A stretch of 63,631 nucleotides of DNA, filler included, from Octopus bimaculoides (GCF_001194135.2; 5 parts of 5 records of this genome joined end to end with filler, not necessarily neighbours in it); one strand, 5' to 3'; shown: positions 33,607 to 48,044, numbered from the whole stretch's first letter. Program-made: numbers and translations. Notes: generated by a model from the sequence alone, not told the origin.

Positions 33607-36600
33607 GATTAGGTTTTGCGTGTCTGTACATATATGAATGTAAATTTGTAGCTATGCATATGTTGACTAATAATTCCAAGCATTTAGTGGTGGTCAACAG
33701 GAAAAACAACAAATATCCGAGTCAGTGATAGACCATTTAGATGGTCGTTCGTGTTCTAGAAATAGCAGTCAAATTCCCATCAAACCATATCTTAGTGTCT
33801 TAAGAAAGAAAAACGTTTGGGAAAAGCAACTGAGATAGGCATTAACAGAAGAATCCTTTCTGGATACAGGGTCTGAAAACAAGATGAGATGGTCATGACT
33901 GGAACGCTTCAATCATAGGTTTGTTTCATCAGACCTGACCTGAGGCTCAACAATAGTTATAACGTCAAAGGTAAAAGATTAAACGGAAGTAAAACGGAAA
34001 AAAAGACAAAACATAACAGAATAAATTTAATTTGATTCGAGAATACGATAAATCTCAACATTTATCTTGATATGTCAAACCTGTCATTAAAGCAACGCCA
34101 GAGTGTCTTTTACAGATTAAACTCTTTCGTTGTATAAATTTTTCTTTCTGCTTCGCAGAATACTCTTACTTATTATTCGAGCTGAATCAAGATGTTTCAC
34201 TTAACTAGCACTCATGAAAGTGAAGTTAATGAATTTACGGCACATTTTGTTTCTCAACTTCTCAATGCCTTAAAACTCATCTATAACACACTCTTTAACT
34301 TTTTATGTCTTTCTCGGAATGGCATGACAAAAGCCAGTGGGAAACCTTATCAGATCATAATGCATAAATTCAGAGGGTGTAAGAAGCGAAGTTAGAATTG
34401 TTTCTCCATAACACATTCATATGATTATGGCCATTTCGCAACCTTCTTCGTGTAGTATTAATTTCAGTATGCATTTTTACGTACATGTTTGCGTCAGTAT
34501 GTATGTTCAGTGTTGTAAAATAAACTTCTCGATTAAGAAATTAATGCAAATAAAGAATCTCAACTCATCAAATCACCGGAGCATCAACTCTATTTGAACC
34601 GTAGTTGCAGCTATCAACGAACTTTCACTGCAAGAAATTCGGCCAAAGGATTGTCGTTGCTCTGAGGAAACATTTCGACCCTATTTGCGAGTTTTATATC
34701 TAAGTTACTTTTCTTTAAGACATTCTTAGTGAACTCCTCAATTGTATTTCCACTGACAGCTATATATCACTGGCATTCCATTCACTCTGATCACCCTAAG
34801 AATTCGGTATTGACTCATTTGTATATATTAAGAGCTTTGATGCTGTCACATCTAACAAAACCTTCTCCAACGCAAATGATATCACCTTTTACTGTAACTA
34901 AACTATTTTATGTTGCATTGGTATCCTCCACTTGCAACCTAGATACCTCAGGCCAGATTTCAAAAGCTACCATTTAGAAATACCTTGAACACTTCTATAA
35001 AGCCTTCAAGATCACCTAATCTTCAACAGTATCGAGTAAAAACTGCTATACATATTTCTTAAACAACACTTGAACAATTCTTTATAGAAACAATTATAAG
35101 AAAATTTACTTTCACTTTGACTGTTAAACTAGCCTCACAATAGTTGACGAGCTTTTGTGGTTGCTCCTCTGTTTGTCAGTGCTGGACACACATCTGCAAA
35201 TGTATGTACTGGCCTGCACTGATTTTTTTGGAGAAGACTAGTTGTTGCCCACGCATACACGTCTCCCGTACCTACTCTATTAAGGGGAAAGCGTACCGAT
35301 TTAGTTTAGTACAACTTGACAATAGCGTTGTTGTACGTGTCGCTATTACAAAGCAAAAAGCAACAGCCGATGCCGCATGACGTCACGTCCAACTCTCTAA
35401 GAGTTCTGCGTGTAACTTTCTCCAACACATTAACGACTCTGCCAGTTCGCTGCCAATCTCTTCTGGAGACCTTACATAGAAATCGTTATTAAAGGTATAT
35501 CCTGAAGAGTAGACTGCCTATCTGTCTAATGTTCGACTCTCATAAACTGTTGAGTCTCTACTGAGTCTCTATAAACCTCAAAGGTGACTCGCTAATCACT
35601 ACTGATTACATAAATGCAATGGTACAGCCGCTAAATATACATGCCCCATTGATTGCTTCTGAATAAAAAAGCCATCTGGCAGACTGACAAAGATTTACTT
35701 AGCGAATCATTGCAAGCACCAACTCATACACGCATTTTTTGTTTCTTTCTCTCATTATTTTCTACAGCTACTATGAAAGTTGTATGCCTCTAAACTAGCA
35801 AGCGTCTACCGTTTCCGCATAAGCTAACCATATTCACCTACCCACTCTCTTCCAACAATTTCTACTGTTTCCAGTCATGAAACCTATATTAATTTAATCC
35901 TTCCTCTTCAGAAAAGCCATAAAGTATATAATATCCATGTTTTCCCAACACAAAATCGAGTTTTTCCTACACTTTTATAAATTTTACCAGATTGGGAGAA
36001 GTTGAAAATATCATTAGCACCGATACTAGTTTTTTTAAATTATATTTATGTTACCTTTATGTATTTGTTTTGCAAGATTCTTGATGTGAAATCGTGTGTT
36101 GAAACAAGTATTGTTATATTTCAAGATGGTCATTTTTTTCCCCAATTAAACACACGCACTATATATTCGTTCTTCATTTCAGATTTGTTATTGTTGTAAT
36201 TTTATGTCGTGGGATGGAGAGTCACTGAAGAGGTCACAGAATGTGTGTCGAAAGATTTCCAAACAAAGGACATAAAACAAGAACAATAATAAATCTGAAG
36301 TGAAGAACGTGTGTTTATTAAGCAAAAACAACGACTGTCCCGAAATATAACAATATTTATATTATGGTATGAAATGTATGTAAAAGACAAAGGGTAAATA
36401 TTTTAATTATATTTCTAAGATAAATATCCAAGAATGGGAACAGTTTCTTCGAACAGTTTCATACAGTTTCCATCTTCAAAAAGAATTCGACTCACAAGGC
36501 TTTGGTCAGCCCAACGCTACGGTAGATATTTGTCTCAGGTACCGTGTAACAGGATCGAGCCTTAAACCACATATCTATGAATATATCTTAATCACGAGTG

Positions 36601-39600
36601 GCCATGTATGTGACCACGTGACTATGTGTGTAAAAGAGAGATAGAGAGAGCGGAGCTGGGGGAAAACAGCTGAAGACAGCTTCGTTTAAAACACAATTGT
36701 ACAACTTTCATTCATTAAAATGTACATTTTCATTTTACGCTTTTCGAATAATACCTCTATCTACATTGTCGAAATTGAACTCCATTATATTGACAATCTA
36801 TTGATGTACTGTCCATAGAGTATTACATTTTCTTATTGTATTGATAAATGTCAACTCAGACTTGTCCGACGTATTTCCTATTTTCTTGTCGGCACGCAAT
36901 CATCTGAAGAGAGAACAAAAACGAGGAAATACACTAAATCAGATCAAATTGACTTGGAGCTTTTTGTCGGTGGTTGTAGACATTATTGATATTGTATTTG
37001 CTCCTATTCTTGGTGTATTCTCATCACAGTCACAATCACTACAGAATAGAATAAGTAAATTTTGTCAGAATGCGAGTCAGTTAAATCGTTAAATCTTCGG
37101 AATTCCTTACTACTGACAAGATAATTCCTCATGATATAAGCCCATTGATATTCAATTTTGAAGGAAGAAAAAGTAAGAAATTCGTTATGCGGAATGCTTA
37201 GAGTAAAAACATTAAGAGAACAGTTTCAAGGAAGCGTGCTAAGCATTAATGACAGCATTAAAGAAACGTGTAGATACTCTGTCAGGAGAATCTAATAAAT
37301 GTAAATGATAAAACTAAAGAAAAAGTCAGATTAATCTTTAATCATTACACGGAATGTATTTTTTTCGATATCACAAATAAACAAACAAAAGAAAAAGAAT
37401 GAAATGTAATATCAATAACGATTTTTAACTTCGGTACAATGCCAAAAATTATGGGGTATAGTATACTCGATTAAATTGACGCCAGTTCTTAACTGGTATT
37501 TACGTCTGACGGAAGTGTAAGAGCGTGTGACTAAAGCATTACGGTTGAGAAGCCAATACGTATAAGCAGTATGGAGAAGAGAGCTGTATAAAGGAAGCTA
37601 TTGTAGTCCATGTTGTGGAAAATGGAGTCAGCCAAGCTGCATTCTCTGCTGAGAATGCTGTATGATGTGCTGGCATCTTCGGCAAATGTTAACAAAAAAG
37701 ATGGCGTGACACTGCTGTCACCGATGAGAAAACGTATATCGTTGGAAAATAATACTGTATTGCACTTTTTATCGCTTGGTCGTAAGGATAAGCGGTGCCT
37801 TTGACTCTTTACATGGCTTCCAAGATGGGTAGGACAGAGGAGTGTATCAGCAACCAGAAACTTGGTCTGAATGCTTGCAGCAGGATGGACTCTGCAAAAG
37901 GCATCCATTAACCAGGTTGTAGTTTTAAACCAAGGAACGGTGTAAATCTATTACTCAAATACATTACTGCAGGATCCGTGATGTATTCGAATAAAACGAA
38001 AAGATCAGGGACAAATACGGCAAGGTATGTCGTCCGATTTTCTAGAAATACCGTCAGTATTCCATCCTTGACTAATACTTCATTTATTGATCCCAGAAGG
38101 AAGCAAAGCAAAGTTGACACCGGTGGAATTTAATCTCAGAACGTGAGAAACCATAAGGAATAAAACATTGTATTAATACCGATGCTTTAACGCGTCTATC
38201 AATATGCGCTTATAAGCAATCTCTAGTAGATTGTGTCTGTTGTTATCACCAAATCATAAAAATGTTTATTCTTGCAAGCCGTATGTGAAATACAATATTA
38301 ATGCATCTGGAAGATAAAAGGTAAGGCTGAGTCATGCGTGATTTAAACTTTCGATGTAAGATGAGAGAAGTAAACGCATAACACAAAGTGTTTTGTAAGG
38401 CTGTTATGTTTAGCAGGTTGCGTGACCACGTTAAGCCCTCTGCGTTGGTTTGGCAAATAATATATACAAGCATAAAAACACGTGGAATGGCATTGACTCT
38501 GAGCATAATTGGTATTTATTTCATCGACTATTAATAGCAATGAAAATGAATAAGTCATAAGCCGTAATTTTAATTACTAAGCGATGTTTTAAACAATAGC
38601 TAGAATTTTAAATAAAAGGAACCTTTGAATAAAATTCGCTGAAAATTACTGAAGAGCATTCGAAATGTCAAAAATTAAAAACGAAAATAAATAGATGTAA
38701 AATAATGCTTAATCTGAGCCTACAGACTGAAAAAGAAAAAAAAAAGAAAAGAATTCCATTCATTTCTATTCATATCAATATTGAAAATGTCGCAAATGTC
38801 GCGGACAGATTTAGTGATACTGCAGTTATCTACAAGTGTATATGTAAAACGAATATAGAAACATGAAGTTCGGCTCCAATCGATTAGGATTATTTCCTGA
38901 ATGTAATTTTGCAACAGATTATTAAAGTAATTAAACAAAAATCATGATTATTTCATTAAAGATAATACTTCCAATCTGACCTAAAGATGCCTAAGCTCTA
39001 AATAATGTTTCTTATTGCTTTTACACTACCAAATATACTTACAGCAACCTTCATATTACTATAAACATAGAGATATAAACACAGACCTTCCTTTCTTTAC
39101 AATATCAACAAATATGTTAAGATCCAGCAATTGTTAGCACCGTAAAAGGCCAAATAATGCTTAAGTATGGAGCCATTCAAATGTTGCATTCTCTTTACGA
39201 CTGTTATCGCGGGAGTTTATTAAAACAAAATGCCATCTGTTTGATTGATACATTTCAATCATGCTCTTGTCTTTTCCTTTTCTATCTTTTCGTTTTTTTT
39301 AAAACTGCCATTAAAATGTATTAAATGTACAGACACTATCGTATATTTATTTAAGCTATCTAGTGAAAATGATACCACCGTGTCCCCCACTTTTATTATG
39401 ACTTTCTCCAAGACAGTAGACTAAACAACCTAAGAAATATGTTCCCTATAAAAGGCCATCTTACAAATAGAGTTTCAGCATTTCAAAACTAAAGCAATCA
39501 CTTTAATCTAGCCCTCTGGTTCTGTGATATTTTCAGTTAATACTCAATGTAATAAAAAGTACAAGCAACCGCCACTTGAAGTGCGTATGGCTTAGCGAAC

Positions 39601-40125
39601 ATGTGTTACTCTTTTACTAATTGTTTTGGGTGTCATTCTAGAATGTAATTGGGAACAGACATAGACACACTCACGGTCCTCTCACACTTGACATAGCAAA
39701 ACATCCAGAATGTGACTGAAACCTGGAAGAACAGAATTGTACCAGCATCCGGCTACTAATGCGAAATGATCTACCCTTTTCAAGGCTACAATCCGACACT
39801 TGGTACATGAATTGAACTCATGATCTAATGATTGCGAGCCGAATGCTCTAACGACTAGGCTACGAATCTATTTTCAAAGAAATAAAAAGGTACATAAATG
39901 TTCTACAAAAGATCATTTATTTCTTGACAGCAATGACAATGAATAGCTTTTACGACGTCCATAACTTTCCAAGTTTATCAAAGACTTTATTAAATAGAAG
40001 TGGCTCTTTACAACCAAGTGTTTGCTGATAGCTTATATTTTCACAATTCACTCATATGGCCAAAAAGTATTGATATTGGCATTTCTAGAATTAAATTCCT
40101 AATATGAACATTATTTCTAATTTTT

Positions 40126-40549
40126 AAGGCAGTGACCTGGCAGAATCGTTATCGCACCGGACAAAAATGATTAGCGGCATTTCATCCGTGTCTACGTTCT
40201 AACTTCAAATGGTGACTGTACTTTTCATCCTTTCGGGGTCGACAAAATTTGTACCAGTTGAACACTTGGGTCAATGTAATCGATATATTTCTTCCCTCAA
40301 AATTACTGGCTCCGTCCAAAATTTAAAATTAATATTATTTCTAATTTTGGTACAAGGCCAGTCATTAGAGGATAAGGGGGCTTAGTCGATTACATCAAAC
40401 TTCAATACGTAACTGATATGTGATTATCACCCCCTGAAAGGATGAAAGACAACGTCAGTCTCGGTGGAATTTAAACCCAGAAGGTAATGAACCAGAAGCG
40501 ATGCTAAGAATTTCGTTCAATTCGGTAACGATTCTTCCAGCTCGCCGTT
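40126..40549. mobile_element. Tail-to-tail pair of MetaSINE-like copies (+ 40126-40335; - 40341-40549)
   Basis: Plus copy starts AAGGCAGTGACCTGGCAGAATCG; minus copy ends GATTCTTCCAGCTCGCCG on the plus strand. Confidence 0.75.
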
Positions 40550-40924
40550 TTATTCTTGAGGTTAACATTCAAGTCTTTGATGTAGAAAATATTTCCCTTC
40601 ATAAATCATCATTTAAATTATTGAAACACTAGGAAGTAAACGCCATTAATCAAAATATTAAAGGAAACGTACAATGTATGCACAAAACTTTATATAAAAC
40701 TACCTTAAACTCATGTATGTTTGAAGCAACAATGGTGAATTTCTCGGAAAAAACATGTTCTTTCGGTATCACCCAATTAACGAAAAGCAGAAAATCTATT
40801 TCTAGAACTGGAAAAATCAAGGATTGTGTTTTCCAAGCCATTCATTAGTGGTGAAATGTAAATAAATCGACCCTTACTCTGACTACAAGACCAGTTGCAG
40901 ACATAGTATGCTTTTCTTTTATTA

Positions 40925-41149
40925 CTATTTTTTGTTTGTTTCAGTCGTTTGACTGCAGCCATGCTGGAGCACCACCTTTAGTCGAACAAATTGCCCCCCA
41001 GGACTTAGTCTTTGTAAGTCTAATACTAGTTCTATCGGTCTTTTTTGCCGAACCGCTAAGTGACGGGGACGTAAACACACCAACATCGATTGTCAAGCGA
41101 TGGTGGGAAGACAAACACAGACACGCACACGCACATATACTTATACATA

Positions 41150-41181
<32 letters not shown>

Positions 41182-41210
41182 CGATGGTCTTCTTTCAGTT
41201 TCCATCTACC
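40925..41210 (-). mobile_element. tRNA-SINE with CR1-like tail; relatively well preserved; head lost in the gap
   Basis: TTTCAGTCGTTTGACTGCAGCCATGCTGGAGCACC...GCCGAACCGCTAAGTGACGGGGACGTAAACAC...TTCTTTCAGTTTCC. Confidence 0.85.
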
Positions 41211-41484
41211 NNNNNNNNNNNNNNNNNNNNNNNNNNNNNNNNNNNNNNNNNNNNNNNNNNNNNNNNNNNNNNNNNNNNNNNNNNNNNNNNNNNNNNNNNN
41301 NNNNNNNNNNNNNNNNNNNNNNNNNNNNNNNNNNNNNNNNNNNNNNNNNNNNNNNNNNNNNNNNNNNNNNNNNNNNNNNNNNNNNNNNNNNNNNNNNNNN
41401 NNNNNNNNNNNNNNNNNNNNNNNNNNNNNNNNNNNNNNNNNNNNNNNNNNNNNNNNNNNNNNNNNNNNNATATATATATATATA

Positions 41485-41660
41485 GGGAGAATTCACAAAA
41501 GACGAAGTCAGGTGGTGTAGACAACAAACAAATGTATTAGTTTAACGCTCGGGAAGTGAAAAAGTCTCTAACGTTTCGAGCCTACGCTCTTCCATTGAAA
41601 GGAACACACAAAAAAACAAGGAGAGAAAATAAAGAATGTGTAGTGGCTATCGATCTAACC
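41485..41660 (-). mobile_element. Short repeat with hammerhead-like motif (probable Penelope-type terminal repeat derivative)
   Basis: Minus strand: TTTCAATGGAA-GAGC-GTAG-GCTC-GAAACGTT; the CUGANGA half of the core is not conserved. Confidence 0.65.
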
Positions 41661-42024
41661 CTTTAGCATTACATACATCTGCATATCATACAGTGGGGTC
41701 TCGCTTATCATTTATTTAGATATTTATCTAGAAATATGCAAAATATATAATAGAAATCAATAATAATTCAGTTTTGGGGATTAATAGATATGCGGGTATT
41801 CTGTTTCAGATAATACAAAAAAAAAAAAAACCTAATGAATATATCTGAAGGTAAACTCGTGGTATCTCTTTGCACATCACGAAATAATAATTCAAATGAT
41901 ATAACTAGAATACCAGCATGATATAAAATATACTTCCTTAATTATCTCTTACTTCAGTTAAAATTTAAATTATCAGTTATGAAGGAATTACACGTGTTTC
42001 AGTATTGGAAGATTATAATATATA

Positions 42025-42823
42025 TACATATACATACATATACACCTATAGATATATACATGCAATCATCATATTTACAATTCTACAAACACATCTTTAG
42101 GTTTTAAGTCAAAATATTGTTAATCTAATTTTACATCACCTTAAAATTAAGTGTTAAATTAAACATTAAATTACACTTTAAAAATTAAAAAAATTATACT
42201 TTATAAAGTTAAGAATTAAAAATTATAAATTATAGCTTATACATTATAAAGATGAATTAGTTTACATATATTAAACTTATAAAGTCAAGTATATAATGTC
42301 AAATACAAAATATAAGATATAAAATATACATCACAATAAAAATGTTTGTGATTAAATGTGAAAAATAGTATAAAAAGTGCAAATACATACCTTCCTATGG
42401 TGGAACCAAGATGTCTTTCAAAATGGCGATTAGAGGAAAGACATCTTGGTTCCACCATAGGAAAATATGTATTTCCACTTTCTATGTTATTTTTCACATT
42501 TAATCACAGATATTTTTATTGTGATGTATATTTTATATCTTATATTTTGTATTTGACATTATATACTTGACTTTATAAATTTAATATATGCATACTAATT
42601 CATCTTTATAATGTATAAACTATAATTTACAAATAATTCTTAACTTTATAAAGTATAATTTCTAATCTTTAATGTTTAATTTAATATTTAATTTAACACT
42701 TAACTTTAAGGTGAGGTAAAATTAGATTAACAATATTTTGAAATAGAACCTGAAGATGAGTTGGTAGAATTGTAAATATGATGATTACATATAATTATTT
42801 ATATGTGTATATATATGTATATA
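42025..42823. repeat. Long imperfect palindrome: ~390-bp arms, 16-nt loop
   Basis: Perfect 28-bp inner stem 42392-42419/42436-42463; arms align out to about 42025 and 42823; mirror-image ORFs in the track (42285-42497 minus, 42358-42570 plus). Confidence 0.95.
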
Positions 42824-43181
42824 GGAAAATGAAAAAAAGCCAGAATGCTGAACTGGAAGCATAATTTAATAAAGATTTTTTCTAACCGGTTTTCATTGCG
42901 ATGAAGCAAATTATCAAGAAGAAGGAGAATGAAAATGTTTTTTTACAAAGAAGTACAAAAAAGTACAAAATGAAGAAAATAATATATAAAACAATAATAT
43001 ATAAAAAAATAAATATACCCATACATTATATTGTCTTTGAGCTTTTGTAGTTCAATAGTAGTTCATGTATAAATTGGTAGGNNNNNNNNNNNNNNNNNNN
43101 NNNNNNNNNNNNNNNNNNNNNNNNNTTAATTAATTAANNNNNNNNNNNNNNNNNNNNNNNNNNNNNNNNNNNNNNNNNNNN

Positions 43182-43218
<37 letters not shown>

Positions 43219-43599
43219 TATTTTAAGACATCATCTTAAGATGTAAAGTAACCATGTAAATATTGTGTAATTTCATGACGTAAATGGGTAAGAATATATT
43301 TATAATTGAAATATGTAAGCGCAAACTAATTGAAATATATATTTAGTCTTTTATGTAAAATGCTGTTTAAATATGGTTTTTCTGAAGACAATAAATATTT
43401 CTTTTGCACCTAAGTAGACATGAGTATTTTGGTTAAATTTTATCGTGAGCATGTGAGATACGGTAAAATTAAATTGATAATAATTTCAATAATATTTGTG
43501 AGGGAAACCTATATCAGATTGTTTCCGAGTCGAAAGGTTTATGCCATGAGTTTTCAGTTGTCATATTCATTCAGCTTCGGCAATTTTAAGTCGAAGCCA

Positions 43600-43742
43600 T
43601 GCCGCTACGTTTAAATTCCGTCGTGGTCGACTTAGCGTTTCATCATGTCACGGTCGATAAATTAAGTACCAGTCATGTGCTGCGGATGATGTAATCGACT
43701 GGCCCCCTCCCCACAAGTTTCAAGCTTTATACTAGAAAGGAA
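43600..43742 (+). mobile_element. MetaSINE-like fragment
   Basis: GTTTAAATTCCGTCGTGGTCGACTTAGCGTTTCATC...GATAAATTAAGTACCAG. Confidence 0.7.
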
Positions 43743-44879
43743 TTTTAAGTTGATGCCTGTTGGGAAATAACAGAAAAATAGATTTAAAAAAGCCGGTGTA
43801 GCGAAATTTCTAGTAGGCCGATGCTATTGGCAGATTTGGAAACTATTCAGCCTAGGTGTTGGAGAGGAAGGATTATACAGACTGAGTGAAAACAAGCGAA
43901 CGATGTTGTGAGATTGTTTGAGCAGCATTCTCAGCCTTGATCCATAACTGTTTATCTATGAAAAGCGTATTAGACTGGTACTGTTGTTTAGCGATCGTTG
44001 AAAAATACTGGTATATATTGTCGTATCACGTACTTTATCTTTCCAAAAGTGAAATAATTCCGACGGAAAATACATCAGGATGAATCAATTTTAAGAGCGA
44101 GCGATTCATAAAAAGATAATGGGAATTTTTCAGGTCTTGATATGTGTTGGGTAATTTCTTTGAGAATGGTATGACGACTATGACAGTGTGATATCCAAGG
44201 GTTTTATTTTTAATATAGAGATAAAAGTGTGGTATGGACTATAATGACCAACATAATCACTGCGACCACAACCAACAACAAAAATACACACCTACCATCA
44301 TCACCACCACCACCACCACCACCACCACCACCACCACTTAAAGCACAAAGAATTTGGGCGAATACCTTGCGACATTCGGCTCGTCTATCTAATGCCTGCG
44401 AATTCGCAGTCTGTGAATGTTATGAGAATTTGGACAAAAACGTCTAAGATAGCGGTCACATGTTTGTATCTGAAAACATTGTGACGTTGGCATTTCTACA
44501 AGCAGGAATAGAACCAAAATTTGTGGAAAAACATTTCTACCAGCAACAATGGGTTTCAATGCAACGAGAGAGGAAAACAATGAAAATCAGAAACTGTTTC
44601 GTTATATAGTAATTTAACGTGGACACAAACTCACTTACACACTTGCACGCACTCATACACACACACTCAAAATCTTCCTGCTACCACACACAAAAATACA
44701 CCCATATTGAGAGACATAGACACATACAAACTCACACGCATACAGCGCACACACATATACACTCATATATGGATGATCGCACATATACACGCACACATAT
44801 AAGCGCTATCGACAAATATAGGCGTATAGATGCAACCTATAATGTATGTTTTTAATTGATGAAGTTAATTACCTGCACG

Positions 44880-45137
44880 ATCTGGTGACGATGAGAATGA
44901 TGAAGTTAATGATTGTAATGTCTGTAATTATTATGAGGTTGATGGGATAGCAATGGTGATGATTATTAAGTGGTGGCGGTGGTGGGAGCATAATGATAAT
45001 GCTGATGACATTGATATAAATGAAGATGTTCACGACGACGACGGTAATGATGATGATGATGAAGTTAAGAACACGAACAACTAAAACCGTAACATCACCA
45101 TCATCAATAACAACAACAATAATAACAGTAGTAGGTA

Positions 45138-45229
<92 letters not shown>

Positions 45230-45819
45230 GCAACAACAGTAACAAAAATGACAACAATAATGATTACAAATATTAGTTGTTGTTCTTGTTCTTCATCTTC
45301 TTCATATTATTATACTGTTGATATTTTCATAAAGGGTGGTAATGGTCTTGATAGTCTTGGTAATAATGGTGAAGATGGTCATACCGACGATGATTATGAT
45401 GGTGGTGATGTTTATGATATTGTTATCGATCAGAATGATAGTTGCGATGATGTCAAAAAAAATATTGTTTCGATTATGGTGATGACACGATGACAACGAC
45501 GCTGTTATTGATGATGTTTTTGCAGTTCCTGTGCGTTTGCAGACCGATTATGAAGATGCTGATCATGATGACGACGATAATGATGACGGCGAGAACGAAG
45601 ATGATGATGATGATGATGTTCATGATGACGATTTGAAGCGTAGTACAGAAATTACAGTTAATTAAACTTTCATTTTTAACTATCAAATTACATATTTTTT
45701 TTTTTACTTTTTACATTCCCTTTCTTCTATTTGTGTGCGTATTTTATTTAGTTTCAAACTTAAAAAAAAAAATACCTTTCAATAACTCACCCTTTAATTA
45801 TTTTTATTATTAGTATTTA

Positions 45820-45913
<94 letters not shown>

Positions 45914-45947
45914 TTCGCTGTTGGTTTTATTTTATATAATAAAATTA

Positions 45948-46023
<76 letters not shown>

Positions 46024-46035
46024 GTTATTATTATT
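44880..46035. repeat. Compound degenerate (GAT)/(ACT)/(TAA)/(TTA) trinucleotide field
   Basis: Direct reading. Confidence 0.9.
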
Positions 46036-47603
46036 TATGTTGTGTCCGTTGTTAATTTTCTCGTTTCTAATTACAATCATTATTGCACACCATCCCTCTT
46101 CGTTTGGCGACGTAGTATGATCATGATCATATGATTGGAACAAGGGTTTCATATTGTCGTACGGTGTAATTACCACAGCTCTGCTGACTGGTGTATTAAA
46201 ATGGAACGTCACCGTTTAATTTCGGGTAAAGAGTTAGAAAGTAACGTTGTGTAATGCCGTGGGTAGACCCTCATTAGGTTACGTTACCGCTTTCTTAAAG
46301 TTCATCTCAGCTAGGTTTTAATGGCACTGTTTATATCAACTACTGCTAACAAAGTAGAGTAGACTTTGTTTAAGGCTACGTATTGTGTCACATGTTGGTA
46401 TGTGTTTTGTTATGTGAAGTTGGCGTTGTTAACATTGTTAACATAGCTGTTGGTAATATTTTTCCTACTTGCTACCACCAGATGAATTCTGATGGAACTG
46501 ACACGCAATCATTAGCGTTCCACCCACGACCACTCAATTTGCAATACTTTGGATATTATCAATTGAGTATATTCGTTTCTTAAAACTAGAATTTTAATCC
46601 GTGCAAAATATATTACGTTTTGTCATTAGGCCGCGACCATTCTAATACACCCCTTTAAATGTTTCTAGTCTATCTTGTTGGCCCAGCACCCAGATCCTCC
46701 TAATTCGAATAATTATTTCAGTGATTACCTGTTATCGCACCAGTAAGTTACGAAACAAAGATACACACATCGCGGTCGAAATGTAAAGACACATAACGAA
46801 AATAAACACACACGCATGAACATATATAAATTTTCATACTCACACATACAACACATACACACACAAACGGAATTACAATATGCACACTATACACACTCAC
46901 ATTCATATACGACAGATCTCTAAGCCGCTACATTCTAGCCATGTCTTCCAAAAGATGAATAGGTTGCCATGCAGTGGGATCGAACCGAACAAAAGATGGT
47001 TGCAAACTAAGCTTGAGATGAAAAGACTGAAAGACATTCGGAGACTGATATAGATATGTCTGAAACTTTGATCTGTTGTAAAAACAAACTTTCACATATT
47101 TGTTTGTCAGATAACTTGTAATCGAATGTCACTGTGTGTGACAAACTGTCTGTCATGAAACTTTATGTAACAATAGTCTCAACTTCAGGTTATATAAAAT
47201 ATATACTTCCTACTCCATGTATTATATTTGTTATTCATGTAGTTTTAAAATTTCAAAGAAGAAAACGCCTTCTCTCCAAGACATATATGTCTGAAACACT
47301 GTGCAACGAACAGAATAAGATATTACATGACTGAGCTTGATTTCAATGTATTCTGCGTTCGTATGACGATTACTTGAAGAAAACAAATGTAAGTTTACTT
47401 CATACATAACACAGGCGGCCAAGCTGATTAGCTGATAAAGTTGATTAAAATATATTCTACCCTAAATCAGCATACTTCATCAGCAAATATTTGAACCAAT
47501 TCAAAAGTGGTTTGACCATAGGCGCAGGTGTGGCCGTGTGGTTAGAAGCTCGTTTTCTATCCACATGTTTCCGGGTACAGCCCCACTGCATAGTACATAC
47601 AAA

Positions 47604-47706
<103 letters not shown>

Positions 47707-47991
47707 ATATATACACGTATACATACATATGTACGTCTGTGTGTATGTGTATAATATATTGACATACGTATAAATATAAACTTGTCTGTTCTTGTGTGTA
47801 TTTATATCATAAGTAATATAAAGATCCACTATTCTCAAAGTATTAATTTTTTTATCACGTAAATTTTATCTACGCATAATCTCTCTCTCTNNNNNNNNNN
47901 NNNNNNNNNNNNNNNNNNNNNNNNNNNNNNNNNNNNNNNNNNNNNNNNNNNNNNNNNNNNNNNNNNNNNNNNNNNNNNNNNNNNNNNNNNN

Positions 47992-48044
<53 letters not shown>

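Noticed and set aside
35379-35386. Perfect CRE site TGACGTCA as a promoter
   Set aside because: A single 8-mer beside a SINE head remnant; no transcript or other promoter evidence
36222-36262. CTGAAGA-GGTCACAGAATGTGTGTC-GAAA-GATTTC as a hammerhead
   Set aside because: Core words are present but stem I cannot form and stem II is poor; at best a heavily decayed remnant
38644-38672. CTGAAGAGCATTCGAAATGTC hammerhead-like string
   Set aside because: Stem II is a single pair and there is no stem I; expected by chance
42285-42570. Pair of similar 70-aa ORFs on opposite strands
   Set aside because: A by-product of the palindrome; no coding features
45020-45690. D/M/I-rich ORFs in the (GAT)n field
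   Set aside because: Degenerate trinucleotide repeat; composition explained without coding
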